A stretch of 64,000 nucleotides of DNA, taken from assembly GCA_048939765.1 (NCBI GenBank), contig JBHLPF010000002.1, positions 52,163 through 116,162 of the forward strand, given 5' to 3'. Under the pieces are notes generated by a model that searched no databases, was not told the origin of the DNA, and saw only the letters and a list, made by a program, of their open reading frames with translations. Positions within the stretch are counted from its first letter, which is position 1; the number at the start of each line of letters is the position of its first letter. The position numbers were made by a program, and so were the translations under genes. This document shows positions 1 through 9,825 of this stretch, one piece after another. Origin of the DNA: Promethearchaeota archaeon. GTDB taxonomy: Archaea; Asgardarchaeota; Thorarchaeia; Thorarchaeales; Thorarchaeaceae.

Positions 1-175
1 CTATGTAGGATCCTTTCCCCAAAGCCTCAGCTACGAAAATGAGGTAAAACGTTGTTGAAATGCTTATTGCAGCAGTCATTGATGTGGATAAGATGATGAA
101 TCTAGCTGCTAGCCTGACAACTTCTGGATTGTCATCCGGCAGGCCAAAGTAAGAGGTGATCCTACTCAAACGCAA
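1..175 (-). CDS. Membrane protein, probably MFS-type transporter (5' part; runs off the window start)
   Basis: Manual translation from TTG at 175: MRLSRITSYFGLPDDNPEVVRLAARFIILSTSMTAAISISTTFYLIFVAEALGKGSYI, open to the window edge. It has a hydrophobic first helix and a purine-rich RBS upstream. Confidence 0.5.
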   Translation of the reverse strand, partial: MRLSRITSYFGLPDDNPEVVRLAARFIILSTSMTAAISISTTFYLIFVAEALGKGSYI

Positions 176-315
176 GCCCCCTTCTCTCTAATGATAAGGT
201 CCCGCCTAATATGTGAAACCAATTGCTTTTCTGACCTTGGAACAACCTTGAATCGGTCGGTATCTTTAAGTGTGACACACAGACATCTCGGACTCCAAGA
301 CCGGTGTGAGAAACA

Positions 316-720
316 TTGAGTGACGAGATTCCCGAACGAAGCGAAATTATACGATCTACAATCATCACGATTATTCTTACAGTGGTACTATTGAGTGTGG
401 GATTAGCACTATGGGCATGGTCTTCTCCAGAGGTCATCGAAACCGAATTGAGTCCTATTGACGTGCTCAACGACATTAATCCATTTCTTGCTCCTATCAT
501 TGAGATACTTGTCATGTCTGGCATGTTTCTCTTTCTCACAATCACAGTGGTCAATATTCGTCTCTATCTGACTCAAATCCGAGCAGGATGGACGGAGCTG
601 ATTCTCCTTCTCATCGTAGTCTTTGTGATGACCTTCCTGATGTTCGAATCTGGTGTTGCAATAGTCACACTGTTGCTCTCATTGGCAATCGTTGTGTATC
701 TATACATGTTGCAAGAGTGA
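316..720 (+). CDS. Hypothetical integral membrane protein (about 4 TM)
   Basis: 134 aa ORF with four hydrophobic segments; no family recognised. Confidence 0.7.
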   Translation: MSDEIPERSEIIRSTIITIILTVVLLSVGLALWAWSSPEVIETELSPIDVLNDINPFLAPIIEILVMSGMFLFLTITVVNIRLYLTQIRAGWTELILLLIVVFVMTFLMFESGVAIVTLLLSLAIVVYLYMLQE

Positions 721-910
721 ATCTCTACATTCACACCAGAAGCTTTATGAGTCTAGGTCAACGAAGGCCATTTGAGCCTAGAATGCAGAAATGCCGAGGG
801 CTGGGAAAATAAAGGAGTTTGACAGTATCTATTCGGAATTGTCAGGCGTTGCCCACTATGAGGCTCTGGCTTCCGGATTGATACAGGTTGACTACTTGGA
901 GGAAAGCACC

Positions 911-1651
911 GTGTTTGGTTTACCCGGACAAGGCTATGATATGTCTACAAGCATTTTCAGTCCTGAAGGACGAATCTTCGCAGCGGAATATGCCAAGAAG
1001 GCAGTCGAACAAGGAGCCACGTCAATTGGAATCCTTGTTAATGAAGGGATTATCCTGCTCGCTGAGAAGAACATAAAGGAACTTCAAGAACCAGACAGCA
1101 TTGAGAAGATCTCTAAGATTGATGATCACATTGGTGTGGCAACATCTGGTCTTATGGCTGATGCTCGAAAACTAATACAGGAAGCCCGAATCAAGGCTCA
1201 GTCATATTGGCTAACATACGAGGAGCCTATTCCTGGAGAAGTGCTAGCTGAGCACATCTGTGATGTGAAGGCTCAGTTCACTCAGGGAGGTGGAGCGAGA
1301 CCCTACGGTGTTGCAATGATCATCGGTTCTATGGACCATGATGATTCGCCAAGGCTCTTTGTGACGGATCCGGTGGGTACATACTGGGGATATTTGGCTG
1401 TAGTAATTGGTCGAGGAAGCGCAAGAGCTGGAGAGTACTTAGAAGGCAAGTATGATCTTAGTAAGAAACAGACTCTTGATCAGGCCATACAACTTGCTCT
1501 CGAAGCACTTCGTCAAGCCACCGAAGCGGATCTCTCTGCTGACAATGTAGAAATCGCCAAGATTCCTGTCAGCACCCGGAAATTCGAGAAGCTCAGCAGA
1601 TCTGATACGCAGGCCATCTTGGATCCCTCCAGTACAAAGGCGAATGAATAG
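911..1651 (+). CDS. psmA: Proteasome alpha subunit
   Basis: GYDMSTSIFSPEGRIF...EYA N-terminal alpha signature, EKISKIDDHIGVATSGLMADAR, GGARPYGV. Start moved to GTG 911 to match the usual MF.P..GYD N-terminus. Confidence 0.95.
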   Translation: MFGLPGQGYDMSTSIFSPEGRIFAAEYAKKAVEQGATSIGILVNEGIILLAEKNIKELQEPDSIEKISKIDDHIGVATSGLMADARKLIQEARIKAQSYWLTYEEPIPGEVLAEHICDVKAQFTQGGGARPYGVAMIIGSMDHDDSPRLFVTDPVGTYWGYLAVVIGRGSARAGEYLEGKYDLSKKQTLDQAIQLALEALRQATEADLSADNVEIAKIPVSTRKFEKLSRSDTQAILDPSSTKANE

Positions 1652-1668
1652 GAGTGGACTGCCGCTTG

Positions 1669-2391
1669 ATGGGTTCAGGGAAGAAATCCGGCGAAAAATG
1701 GCTTGAACTTGATGCTGTCGTCATTGGAATTCAAAAGGGCCACCTGCGATTTGAGATATTTGTTGATCCGGACCTGGCCTTTGAATTCAGACGAGGCGAA
1801 GACATCCCGATCGAGGAAATCTTGAAGAGTTATGACCTATACGAAGATGCCAAGAGAGGAGAACGTGCATCTGATGAGCTTGCAGAAGAGGAGTTTGGGT
1901 CGTCTGATGTCTTTCAGATAGCGCCAATTATACTCAAGGATGGAGAGTTCAGACTCACCCATGAGCAGCGCAACCAGCTTGTAAAGGAGAAGACCGAAGC
2001 AATAATCGAGAGCATCTCTAAGCGGGCAATGAATCCGCAGACAGGGCATCCTCATCCGCCTGACAGAATTAGGCAGGCTATGGAGGAGGCAAAGGTCCAT
2101 GTCGACCCCTTCATCAAGGTGGACGAACAAATCCCCGGAATTGTGAAAGCTCTCTTGGTGATTATCCCTATCTCATTTGAGAGTGTCAAGCTTCAGATCA
2201 CTCTTCCAGCAGCCTTCTCAGGGAAGGGCTACAATCTAGTTGCAAATGCTGGACTAATCAAGTCCGAGGCGTGGGCACAGAACGGGGAATGGTCTGGCAT
2301 GGTTGAAATCCCTGCATCAAAACGACAAGAACTCTATGATGATCTGAACAAGCTCTGCAAAGGACAAGTAAGGATAGAGACCGTTCGATAG
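1669..2391 (+). CDS. sdo1: Ribosome maturation protein SBDS/Sdo1
   Basis: RFEIFVDPD, NPQTGHPHPPDRIRQAMEEAK, IIPISFE motifs; canonical position between psmA and rrp4. Confidence 0.95.
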   Translation: MGSGKKSGEKWLELDAVVIGIQKGHLRFEIFVDPDLAFEFRRGEDIPIEEILKSYDLYEDAKRGERASDELAEEEFGSSDVFQIAPIILKDGEFRLTHEQRNQLVKEKTEAIIESISKRAMNPQTGHPHPPDRIRQAMEEAKVHVDPFIKVDEQIPGIVKALLVIIPISFESVKLQITLPAAFSGKGYNLVANAGLIKSEAWAQNGEWSGMVEIPASKRQELYDDLNKLCKGQVRIETVR

Positions 2392-2435
2392 CGGTTGAGA
2401 ATATTGATGATAACAATTTGAAATGAGGGAATACA

Positions 2436-3377
2436 TTGGCTGTATACTTTCAAAAACGAGAAGTAGTGGTCCCGGGGCAATTATTGGCCGAAGGCAGATA
2501 TCGTGCCTCTTTTGGGACCTATGACGACGGAGATAAGATATACTCCGCATTGGTAGGCCTCGCTGAGCTGCGGGGCAATACTGTAAAAGTGGTTGCACTT
2601 GAGGGGGTTTATATCCCTCGCGAGGGCGACCTGGTCCTCGGAACCATTACAATGGTGATGGGGAATAACTGGAAGGTGGACATCGGAGGGCCATACCTCG
2701 CATCTCTTCATGCAAATAATGCTCTACGACGGCCATATGATGACGATATCAGCAGATACATGGACATAGGTGATGTTATTGCTGCTGAAGTAATTGCATT
2801 CGACAGGGTGACAGGACCTTTCCTCGGGATGAAAGGAAGAGGGCTCAGGCGTCTGGATTCCGGAATGATTCTTGAAATCCGCCCGGCAAAGATTCCTCGC
2901 GTGATTGGAAGACGGGGATCGATGATCAACATGATTCAGGACATACTCAAAATCCAGACTATGGTTGGTCAGAATGGCCGGATTTGGATTCGCACACCCA
3001 ACACTGAGGTCATGCGTCTAGCAGTAAAGGCGTTCAAGATGATTGAAGCCCAGGCACACACATCGAAGCTCACCGATCGTGTGAAGGCGATGCTTGAGGA
3101 GGAAATGGCCAATATTCGTGGTGATGAGCCTCTAGAGGATATGCCCGATGAGTCGATGGAGATGGAGGATTCTGAGGAATCTGAAGGCTCTGGCGAACCT
3201 GTTGAAGAAATCAAAGAGGAGGACACGGCTGAAGGTGAGGAGCCAGTGGTGACTGAAGAGCCTCTTGAAAATGATGTTGCTGATGAGGCAATTGAAGACT
3301 CACCTGAAGATGTTAAAGAAGAAGAAACCGAGTCCGAAGAGAATGATAGTGAAACTACGGAGGAAGTGAGTGAATAA
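2436..3377 (+). CDS. rrp4: Exosome RNA-binding subunit Rrp4, with long acidic C-terminal tail
   Basis: VVVPGQLL, YIPREGDLVLG (S1), KIPRVIGRRGSMI and GQNGRIW (KH); operon context. Confidence 0.95.
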   Translation: MAVYFQKREVVVPGQLLAEGRYRASFGTYDDGDKIYSALVGLAELRGNTVKVVALEGVYIPREGDLVLGTITMVMGNNWKVDIGGPYLASLHANNALRRPYDDDISRYMDIGDVIAAEVIAFDRVTGPFLGMKGRGLRRLDSGMILEIRPAKIPRVIGRRGSMINMIQDILKIQTMVGQNGRIWIRTPNTEVMRLAVKAFKMIEAQAHTSKLTDRVKAMLEEEMANIRGDEPLEDMPDESMEMEDSEESEGSGEPVEEIKEEDTAEGEEPVVTEEPLENDVADEAIEDSPEDVKEEETESEENDSETTEEVSE

Positions 3378-4189
3378 TGAGTCCAGAAGTGAAACCTGAC
3401 TCCTTGCTTAACGCTGAGGGCCTACGAGTTGATGGCAGAAGACTAGATGAGCTAAGGCCAATTCAAATGGAGGTTGGAGTGCTCAAGACTGCTGATGGTT
3501 CAGCCTCTATAAGGCAAGGCAAGACCTACATCATGGCAGCAGTCTACGGTCCACGAGAGCTACATCCTAGACATTTGACGTTGAATGATCGTGCATATCT
3601 TAGAGTTGTCTACAGAATGGCCACGTTCTCAGTTCCAGACAGAAAGAGACCTGCACCATCTCGACGAGAACGTGAGATCTCGATGGTCATTGCTAATGCA
3701 CTGCAACCAGTATTGTTCTTGGAGCAATATCCAAAGGCTGTGATTGATGTATTCATACAAGTCATTCAAGCTGATGGTGGCACAAGATGTGCTGCCATTA
3801 ATGCAGCTTCGCTTGCATTAGCTGATGCAGGAATCCCGATGAGGTCTCTTGTTCCTTCTGTTGCCGTGGGCAAAGCTGAAGGTAAACTAATTGTGGACCT
3901 TGGTGATGAAGAGGACAAATACGGGCAGGGTGATGTTCCACTAGCCATTCTTCCTGATACAAATGAACTGACACTATTGCAGCAGGATGGGTCATTCACA
4001 CGTGAGGAGCTTGTTGAGGCAATGCAGATGGGAATTAACGCCTGTAAATACCTGCATGAACTGCAGAAAGACGCTCTGAAGCGGTCGTACTCAAAAAGGG
4101 CTCCTGAGGATGATGACGAAGAGATGGACGACTACGATGACGACCTTGAGACTGACCTCGGCGAAGCCGAGATAATGGAGGATGAGTAG
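3377..4189 (+). CDS. rrp41: Exosome catalytic subunit Rrp41
   Basis: RVDGRRLDELRP, AVYGPRELHPRH, SRREREIS, QADGGTRCA, DLGDEEDKYGQGD RNase PH motifs. Confidence 0.97.
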   Translation: MSPEVKPDSLLNAEGLRVDGRRLDELRPIQMEVGVLKTADGSASIRQGKTYIMAAVYGPRELHPRHLTLNDRAYLRVVYRMATFSVPDRKRPAPSRREREISMVIANALQPVLFLEQYPKAVIDVFIQVIQADGGTRCAAINAASLALADAGIPMRSLVPSVAVGKAEGKLIVDLGDEEDKYGQGDVPLAILPDTNELTLLQQDGSFTREELVEAMQMGINACKYLHELQKDALKRSYSKRAPEDDDEEMDDYDDDLETDLGEAEIMEDE

Positions 4190-5018
4190 AATGACTGATT
4201 TCAGCTCAGAAATCATCAGCCACATTGACAGGGGCTATGTTGCAGACCTGCTGAACAAAGGTGAAAGGGTTGACGGTCGAGCCTTTGACGAATATCGAGA
4301 AATTGTCATTGAACCTAATCCCGTGGCTGCAAAGGCAGAAGGATCTGCAATTGTACGGATTGGCGGCACATCTGTCGTTGCTGGCGTGAAGGTACTGACA
4401 GGAGCACCCTATCCAGACACGCCCGATGAAGGTGTGACAATGGTAACAGCTGAAATGGCACCCATGGCTTCTCCTCTATTCGAGTTGGGTCCCCCAAAGG
4501 AACCCGCCATCGAACTGGCAAGAGTTGTTGACAGAGGAGTCCGTGAGTCAGAGACAATGGATGCCAAGGCCCTTTGCATTAAGCCAGGGAAGCTTGTGTA
4601 TATGGTCTTTGCAGATGTCTATACACTCGAATATGATGGCAATCTGATTGATGCATCATCAATAGCGGTTAATTCTGCGCTAGTCGGAACCAGGTTTCCA
4701 GAAGTCAAGCTGGAAGATGATAAGGAAGTAGCCACTGGCAAGATGCTCGCTCTGCCTCTTCAGAATATGGCAATAGAACATACTGTTGCTAAAATTGGAG
4801 AGCACCTAGTCATCGATCCTGTCATCAAGGAAGAGATGGTCATGGATTGCCGTCTAACCATGGCGGTTGACAAAGACGATAACTTCACCGCTATGCAGAA
4901 AGGTGGAGGCGTAGGCCCTATGTCGCTCGAGATGATTGACCATTCAATGGGCATGGCTCTTGAGAGGTCAAAAGAGATTCGAGAGCTCATAGACGAAGCA
5001 ATGAAGTCCGCAGAATAG
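4182..5018 (+). CDS. rrp42: Exosome subunit Rrp42
   Basis: RVDGRAFDEYR, PYPDTPDEG, IELARVVDRGVRES, DGNLIDA, AMQKGG. Confidence 0.97.
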   Translation: MSRMTDFSSEIISHIDRGYVADLLNKGERVDGRAFDEYREIVIEPNPVAAKAEGSAIVRIGGTSVVAGVKVLTGAPYPDTPDEGVTMVTAEMAPMASPLFELGPPKEPAIELARVVDRGVRESETMDAKALCIKPGKLVYMVFADVYTLEYDGNLIDASSIAVNSALVGTRFPEVKLEDDKEVATGKMLALPLQNMAIEHTVAKIGEHLVIDPVIKEEMVMDCRLTMAVDKDDNFTAMQKGGGVGPMSLEMIDHSMGMALERSKEIRELIDEAMKSAE

Positions 5019-5113
5019 GAACAGATGCGTGTCTCAGTCAATCTGGGATACGCTCTCTTCTCTTCACCGATAGATATGCTAATAAGCGAAATCGTTGGGC
5101 GACTGATAGACTC

Positions 5114-5135
5114 GGAGCGCCAAGTCAGGCGCTCC
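5114..5135 (+). promoter_or_regulatory. Perfect 8-bp GC-rich hairpin in the leader of rpl37ae
   Basis: GGAGCGCC-aagtca-GGCGCTCC, ending 27 nt before the TTG start. Confidence 0.5.
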
Positions 5136-5162
5136 TAATGACCACACCAGGAGAATACCGGT

Positions 5163-5570
5163 TTGGGAAGAAAGACAAAGAAAGTTGGCAGCACTGGAAG
5201 ACTTGGTGCTAGGTACGGGGCGAAACTACGACGCAGAGTGCTTGATATCGAGAAACGTCGTGCTGAACCGCAGCGTTGCCCGTCCTGTGCCACAAGAGCC
5301 CTCACCAGAGAAGCTGTTGGTCTGTGGAGCTGCAAGAAGTGTGGTCTGAGTTTTGCTGGCGGAGCATATGTTCCATTCACAGATGCAGGTAAGGCTGCTA
5401 AACGTGCCATTGCACAGAGGGTTTCAGGTGACTTTCTTGCCTTGAGAGACGAAGACGAAATCGTCGACCCTTCTGAGTTCCTTCCTAACATTGAGGAGGA
5501 AGTGGCTGTAGCAGTTTCCATTGATGATGAATCGGATGTTCCCGTTGAGGAACCTGAGGCTAGTGACTAG
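5163..5570 (+). CDS. rpl37ae: 50S ribosomal protein L37ae (eL43) with acidic C-terminal extension
   Basis: TKKVGSTGRLGARYGAKLRR, CPSC...WSCKKC zinc finger, AGGAYVP. Confidence 0.95.
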   Translation: MGRKTKKVGSTGRLGARYGAKLRRRVLDIEKRRAEPQRCPSCATRALTREAVGLWSCKKCGLSFAGGAYVPFTDAGKAAKRAIAQRVSGDFLALRDEDEIVDPSEFLPNIEEEVAVAVSIDDESDVPVEEPEASD

Positions 5571-5594
5571 CCGCTAACAGGGCAGTGAACTGCA

Positions 5595-6158
5595 TTGCCC
5601 CAAGCATTGATCACCACATCCCGAAAAACATCAAATCGAGTTCGCTCTTTTGTACGCGATCTCTGGTCTGTTCTACCCGGCACTGAAAGGTTCAACCGAG
5701 GAGGGATGAGTATCGATGAGTTGCGGTCAAGAGTGAAACAATCCGGTGCGAAACTCGCCCTCATCGTTACAATATGGAAGGGCAATCCAAGAACTATCAG
5801 GTTTCTATATCCGCACGGTGATGATGCACTGGAAGTCAGAGTGGAGAGTGCTGCGCTTAGAAAAGAAGTTACGGGGAATAAGGCGCCTAGAATACAATCC
5901 CTTTATGGTGTAACTGTTGAAGAGAATTGTACACAAAATGCCCGAGAGTTTGCTTCAGCTATTGCATCAATGCTTGGGACTGATGTGAAGAATGAACCAC
6001 AGCCAGTGATTCTAGACGAAGCGGCTTCTGGCATGGTCGAGATAAGAGTTACCGACCTTCGCGGAGGCAAACTCCTTTGGACATTTTATCATGCGCATAA
6101 TGGACTGGAGGTAGGTCCACGCATTCGAATTTCAAAATTCTGGAGAGGATTGTCCTGA
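5595..6158 (+). CDS. Brix-domain ribosome biogenesis protein (Imp4-like)
   Basis: LITTSRKTSNRVRSFVRDL, NRGGMS, KGNP, C-terminal VGPRIR; exosome operon position. Confidence 0.9.
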   Translation: MPQALITTSRKTSNRVRSFVRDLWSVLPGTERFNRGGMSIDELRSRVKQSGAKLALIVTIWKGNPRTIRFLYPHGDDALEVRVESAALRKEVTGNKAPRIQSLYGVTVEENCTQNAREFASAIASMLGTDVKNEPQPVILDEAASGMVEIRVTDLRGGKLLWTFYHAHNGLEVGPRIRISKFWRGLS

Positions 6159-6190
6159 TACGACAAGGACGGGCCATTATCGAAATCCCA

Positions 6191-6418
6191 ATGGAATCAG
6201 AAGAAATCGCCGAAACAATTCGTTCTGCATTAGATCCTGAGACAAACTCAGCTCCATCAGATAGAGCTCGTGCTGCAGTGATTATACGCGGCTCAGTCCT
6301 AGTCATTCAAATCTCATCTAGTGACTTGACTTCTTTAAGGGCTGCAATGAATTCGTATATCGCATGGGTTTCAGCGAGTCTTGAAACGATTAATGCAGTC
6401 CTAGGCCAAAATCCTTAA
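6191..6418 (+). CDS. pcc1: KEOPS subunit Pcc1
   Basis: ALDPE, DLTSLRAAMNSYIAW motif; canonical position before prefoldin beta. The true start may be upstream (CTG 6155). Confidence 0.88.
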   Translation: MESEEIAETIRSALDPETNSAPSDRARAAVIIRGSVLVIQISSSDLTSLRAAMNSYIAWVSASLETINAVLGQNP

Positions 6419-6470
6419 GTCGCTTACCAGATGGCGCAGGCGAAGTTAACCTCGCAATTAGAGGGAGTAG

Positions 6471-6839
6471 ATGCATATGGCACAACAGATACCACCAGAA
6501 ATTGAACATGAGATTATGAAGCTTGAGAATATGCGGCGTCAGTTCGAACAGCTAATGGCCGCAATACAGACCAGGCAGTCTGAATTAAGGGAATCAGAAA
6601 TCACGCTTGAGGAATTGAAGAAGCAGCCTGATGATACAGTCACATACAAGTCTGTTGGCCAAATCATGTTTCAGGTTGACAAGGCACAACTCCAAGAGGA
6701 GCTGACGAGCAGAGTCAGTGACCTCAAGATTTGGCTGGAAGCCAAAACAAAGGGCGCTGAAAAGGATCGAAAAGAGATTGAAGAGTTAACAAAGAAGATT
6801 CAGCTCGATATCTCCACGCGAAACCTAAAGGTTCAGTGA
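6471..6839 (+). CDS. pfdB: Prefoldin beta subunit
   Basis: QIPPE start, coiled coils flanking the TYKSVGQIMF hairpin. Confidence 0.93.
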   Translation: MHMAQQIPPEIEHEIMKLENMRRQFEQLMAAIQTRQSELRESEITLEELKKQPDDTVTYKSVGQIMFQVDKAQLQEELTSRVSDLKIWLEAKTKGAEKDRKEIEELTKKIQLDISTRNLKVQ

Positions 6840-7147
6840 ATCATATGTGTCCCACACCAACTGAGATTGGATTACCCAGTCTCAATGCTCGGCTGATAGA
6901 GAGTCTTGCGGAGGATTGTGAGGACGAGATAACCAAATTCATTCTTGGCAAGATTCCTAGGAAGAGCGTGGCAGAAATCTCTGTTAGTTGTATTCTAGAA
7001 TTCGATGAAGAGCTTGACGTCGACATCCAGATTGACCTTGAGCAGAGCTATGACACTGGGGACAACCTTGATGAGATTCTGGATGCTGCGACGCGATATG
7101 GTACTGAGTGGTTAGAGAAGCGCCTAAAGGAGCTGAAGGCAACTTGA
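6836..7147 (+). CDS. DUF3194-like protein
   Basis: EIGLPSL...LAE, acidic 103 aa protein in the conserved slot between prefoldin beta and DHH in archaeal superoperons. Confidence 0.7.
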   Translation: MNHMCPTPTEIGLPSLNARLIESLAEDCEDEITKFILGKIPRKSVAEISVSCILEFDEELDVDIQIDLEQSYDTGDNLDEILDAATRYGTEWLEKRLKELKAT

Positions 7148-8142
7148 GCTCTAGATCTCTTCTTGCTGAATCATCGAACCCCCTGATATTGGGTCATCAG
7201 AATGCAGATCCTGATGCAGTGTGTTCCATGGTTGCAGTAAAAGAGCTCTACCTCGCACTACGCCCGGATGGCAACGTGACGCTCGTGTGTGATGATGTTA
7301 GCCGCTTATCCAATCAGGTGTTGAGTCATTTCTCATTAGATGTTGCTATTTCTGATTATTCAGAGGACACACATGATTTTGTCATCCTCTTGGACACAAA
7401 TAGTGAATTTCAGCTGGGCCCTCGAGTGAGAACCCTTCTCACAGACCCTACGAGAACCCTTGCTATTGATCACCATGAAGAGACTGCGGATTTGTCATCA
7501 ATTGCAACGCACCAGATAGTGGATAGCAATGCCTCATCCACATGCGAGCTCGTCATTGGCCTATATGATGACCTGGGAGTCCCAATATCGTCCAACGTAG
7601 CCAATCTGCTTCTTACAGGCATGATTTTTGATACTCGTCGTTTCTTCCACTCCGGACGCGAGTCTCTTCAAATGGCTGTGAAGCTCATCGACGCAGGTGC
7701 TGACTATGACTCGTGTGTAAGAGCATTGGTCATCAAGCCGGACCGATCTGAGAGAATCGCTAGACTGAAAGCTGCCGGACGATTGCAGGTTCACGATATG
7801 GGTGGTTGGATAGTCGCTGTTTCCAAGATAGGCGCCTACGAGGCGAGTGCATGCAGAGCCTTGATTGAGATTGGTGCGGATGTTGCTATTGTTGCAGGAA
7901 AGACCACAAAGGGGGTCGTTAGATTCAGTTCTCGGAGCAGTCGTCACTTCTCCTCGGAAACTGGCGTCAACCTTGGGACTGATGTAATGGAGCCTATTGG
8001 GGAACTCATAGGGGGCGAAGGCGGGGGACACGCTAATGCAGCAGGGGCAAATGGCACAAAGAATCGAAGTGAGGGGCTGGCAAAGGCAATTGAGCTTCTC
8101 CAATTGGCAATAGAGAAAAGCACAGGAGAGAAGGTAGGCTAG
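7144..8142 (+). CDS. DHH-family phosphoesterase
   Basis: HQNADPDA, ILLDT, IDHH, FDTRRF, GGGHANAAG motifs; TTG start overlapping the upstream stop. Confidence 0.93.
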   Translation: MSSRSLLAESSNPLILGHQNADPDAVCSMVAVKELYLALRPDGNVTLVCDDVSRLSNQVLSHFSLDVAISDYSEDTHDFVILLDTNSEFQLGPRVRTLLTDPTRTLAIDHHEETADLSSIATHQIVDSNASSTCELVIGLYDDLGVPISSNVANLLLTGMIFDTRRFFHSGRESLQMAVKLIDAGADYDSCVRALVIKPDRSERIARLKAAGRLQVHDMGGWIVAVSKIGAYEASACRALIEIGADVAIVAGKTTKGVVRFSSRSSRHFSSETGVNLGTDVMEPIGELIGGEGGGHANAAGANGTKNRSEGLAKAIELLQLAIEKSTGEKVG

Positions 8143-8149
8143 GAGGCAT

Positions 8150-9001
8150 TTGTCGATGGCCTTGGTCGAGTTTGCAGATTTCAGTTTCAAATACTTGGGA
8201 GCTGATTTTCTTGCTCTACGCAAGGTCAGTGTTTCAGTCAATGAAGGGGAATATGTTGTTATAACGGGCCCATCGGGATGCGGAAAAACAACTCTGTGCC
8301 GAGCTATCAATGGGCTAGTCCCGCATTTTCATCGAGGATATATTGCAGGAAATGTGTACGTAGACGGACACAATACACGCGAAGCAACAGTTGCCCAACT
8401 GGCATCCACGGTAGGCTTGGTTTTTCAAAATCCAGCCAACCAACTGGTCACATTGAATGTAGAGAAAGAGATTGCCTTTGGACCTGAGAATCTCGGTGTG
8501 GAGCCACAGGAGGTCAGGAATCGAGTTGAGGAGATTATTGATCTTCTGAATCTTGAACATCTGCGAGATAAACATCCACATGAGATGAGTGGTGGCGAAC
8601 AACAGCGACTTGCTATGGCTGCAACATTGGCACTCAAGCCTAAAGTCCTGGTGGCTGATGAACCAACCTCAAATCTTGATCCAAAGAGTGCTGAACTGAT
8701 TCTAGAAATCATTGCTGAGCTTAACAAGCGAAATGGAATGACGGTCATTCTTGTGGAGCATAGACTTGATCTAGTGGCCAAGGATGCATCTAGAGTAGTC
8801 CTGATGGATAGGGGGCAGATTGTGGCTGACGGGCCACCCCGAGACATTCTGCCCATGGACATCTCTATGGAAATTGGAGTAGGGGTTCCAAAAGCAACCC
8901 AAGTTTACAGACGACTTCAAGCCAAGGGAATAGAACTAGGCCGAGTTCCTCTCACTGGTGAGGAGCTTGCGACTTTAGTTGGGGAGGTGCCCCATCAGTG
9001 A
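8150..9001 (+). CDS. ecfA: ECF transporter ATPase (EcfA)
   Basis: GPSGCGKTT Walker A, VFQNPANQL, MSGGEQQR signature, DEPTSNLD. Confidence 0.92.
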   Translation: MSMALVEFADFSFKYLGADFLALRKVSVSVNEGEYVVITGPSGCGKTTLCRAINGLVPHFHRGYIAGNVYVDGHNTREATVAQLASTVGLVFQNPANQLVTLNVEKEIAFGPENLGVEPQEVRNRVEEIIDLLNLEHLRDKHPHEMSGGEQQRLAMAATLALKPKVLVADEPTSNLDPKSAELILEIIAELNKRNGMTVILVEHRLDLVAKDASRVVLMDRGQIVADGPPRDILPMDISMEIGVGVPKATQVYRRLQAKGIELGRVPLTGEELATLVGEVPHQ

Positions 9002-9825
9002 TAATTGTGGAGGACGTGCATTATACCTATGATGGTATCTATACTGCTCTCCAAGGAGTGTCCTTGCAGATTGAGAAGGGTGAAAGAGTTGCCATTATGG
9101 GAACCAACGGAGCAGGAAAAACGACTCTAATCAAGCATATGAATGGGCTTCTTCGACCTCAGCAAGGAAGAGTGATTGTGGATGGTATCGATGCGAAATC
9201 TCTCTCTATCGCTGAGCTCTCGAGGACTGTTGGTCTTGTCTGGCAGAACCCTGACCACCAGCTGTTTCTTGATAGTGTCAAGAAGGAGATTGAGTTCGGA
9301 CTGAAGAACCTTGGCTTCACCACAGAGGAGGCTGAGGAAAAGTGTGTCAAGACACTTCAGGATCTTGGACTGGAAGGATTTGCAGAGAGATCTCCCTTTG
9401 CTCTTTCCGGAGGCGAAAGAAAGCGAGTCGCATTAGCAACTGTATTGGCGACGGAGCCGCAGGTTCTTGCACTAGATGAACCTACTATTGGACAAGACGC
9501 TCACCAGAAAGAACGACTTGCTCGCATGTTGATCGATCTCAACGAGCGAGGGCGCACAGTTATTGTTGTGACTCACGATGTTGAGTTTGTTATTGAAAAC
9601 TTTCCACGAACCATCGCAATGGCTGAGGGACGAATTGTTGCAGACGGTTCGACTGGGGCAGTCTTGAGTCATGATGATGTTCTGGAACGCTGTTCTCTGA
9701 CACCTCCACAGTTGACAGTGGCAGCACGGACACTTCACAGAGTCTTTCCACAGGTACCTGCGCGTCTATCCCTGCTATCGGAATTGGAGGAAGCGGTCTC
9801 TGAGATACTCGGAGGTACGACGTGA
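8998..9825 (+). CDS. ecfA: ECF transporter ATPase (EcfA')
   Basis: GTNGAGKTT, WQNPDHQLF, SPFALSGGERKR, DEPTIGQD. Confidence 0.92.
   Translation: MIIVEDVHYTYDGIYTALQGVSLQIEKGERVAIMGTNGAGKTTLIKHMNGLLRPQQGRVIVDGIDAKSLSIAELSRTVGLVWQNPDHQLFLDSVKKEIEFGLKNLGFTTEEAEEKCVKTLQDLGLEGFAERSPFALSGGERKRVALATVLATEPQVLALDEPTIGQDAHQKERLARMLIDLNERGRTVIVVTHDVEFVIENFPRTIAMAEGRIVADGSTGAVLSHDDVLERCSLTPPQLTVAARTLHRVFPQVPARLSLLSELEEAVSEILGGTT

Noticed and set aside
791-910. 40 aa N-terminal extension on the proteasome alpha subunit
   Set aside because: GTG 911 gives the normal alpha N-terminus; the extension is probably an ORF-calling artefact.
7561-8310. Long antisense ORFs (also 14121-14633, 35374-35982, 60684-61184 and many others)
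   Set aside because: They are shadows of well-supported genes on the opposite strand and have no motifs of their own.
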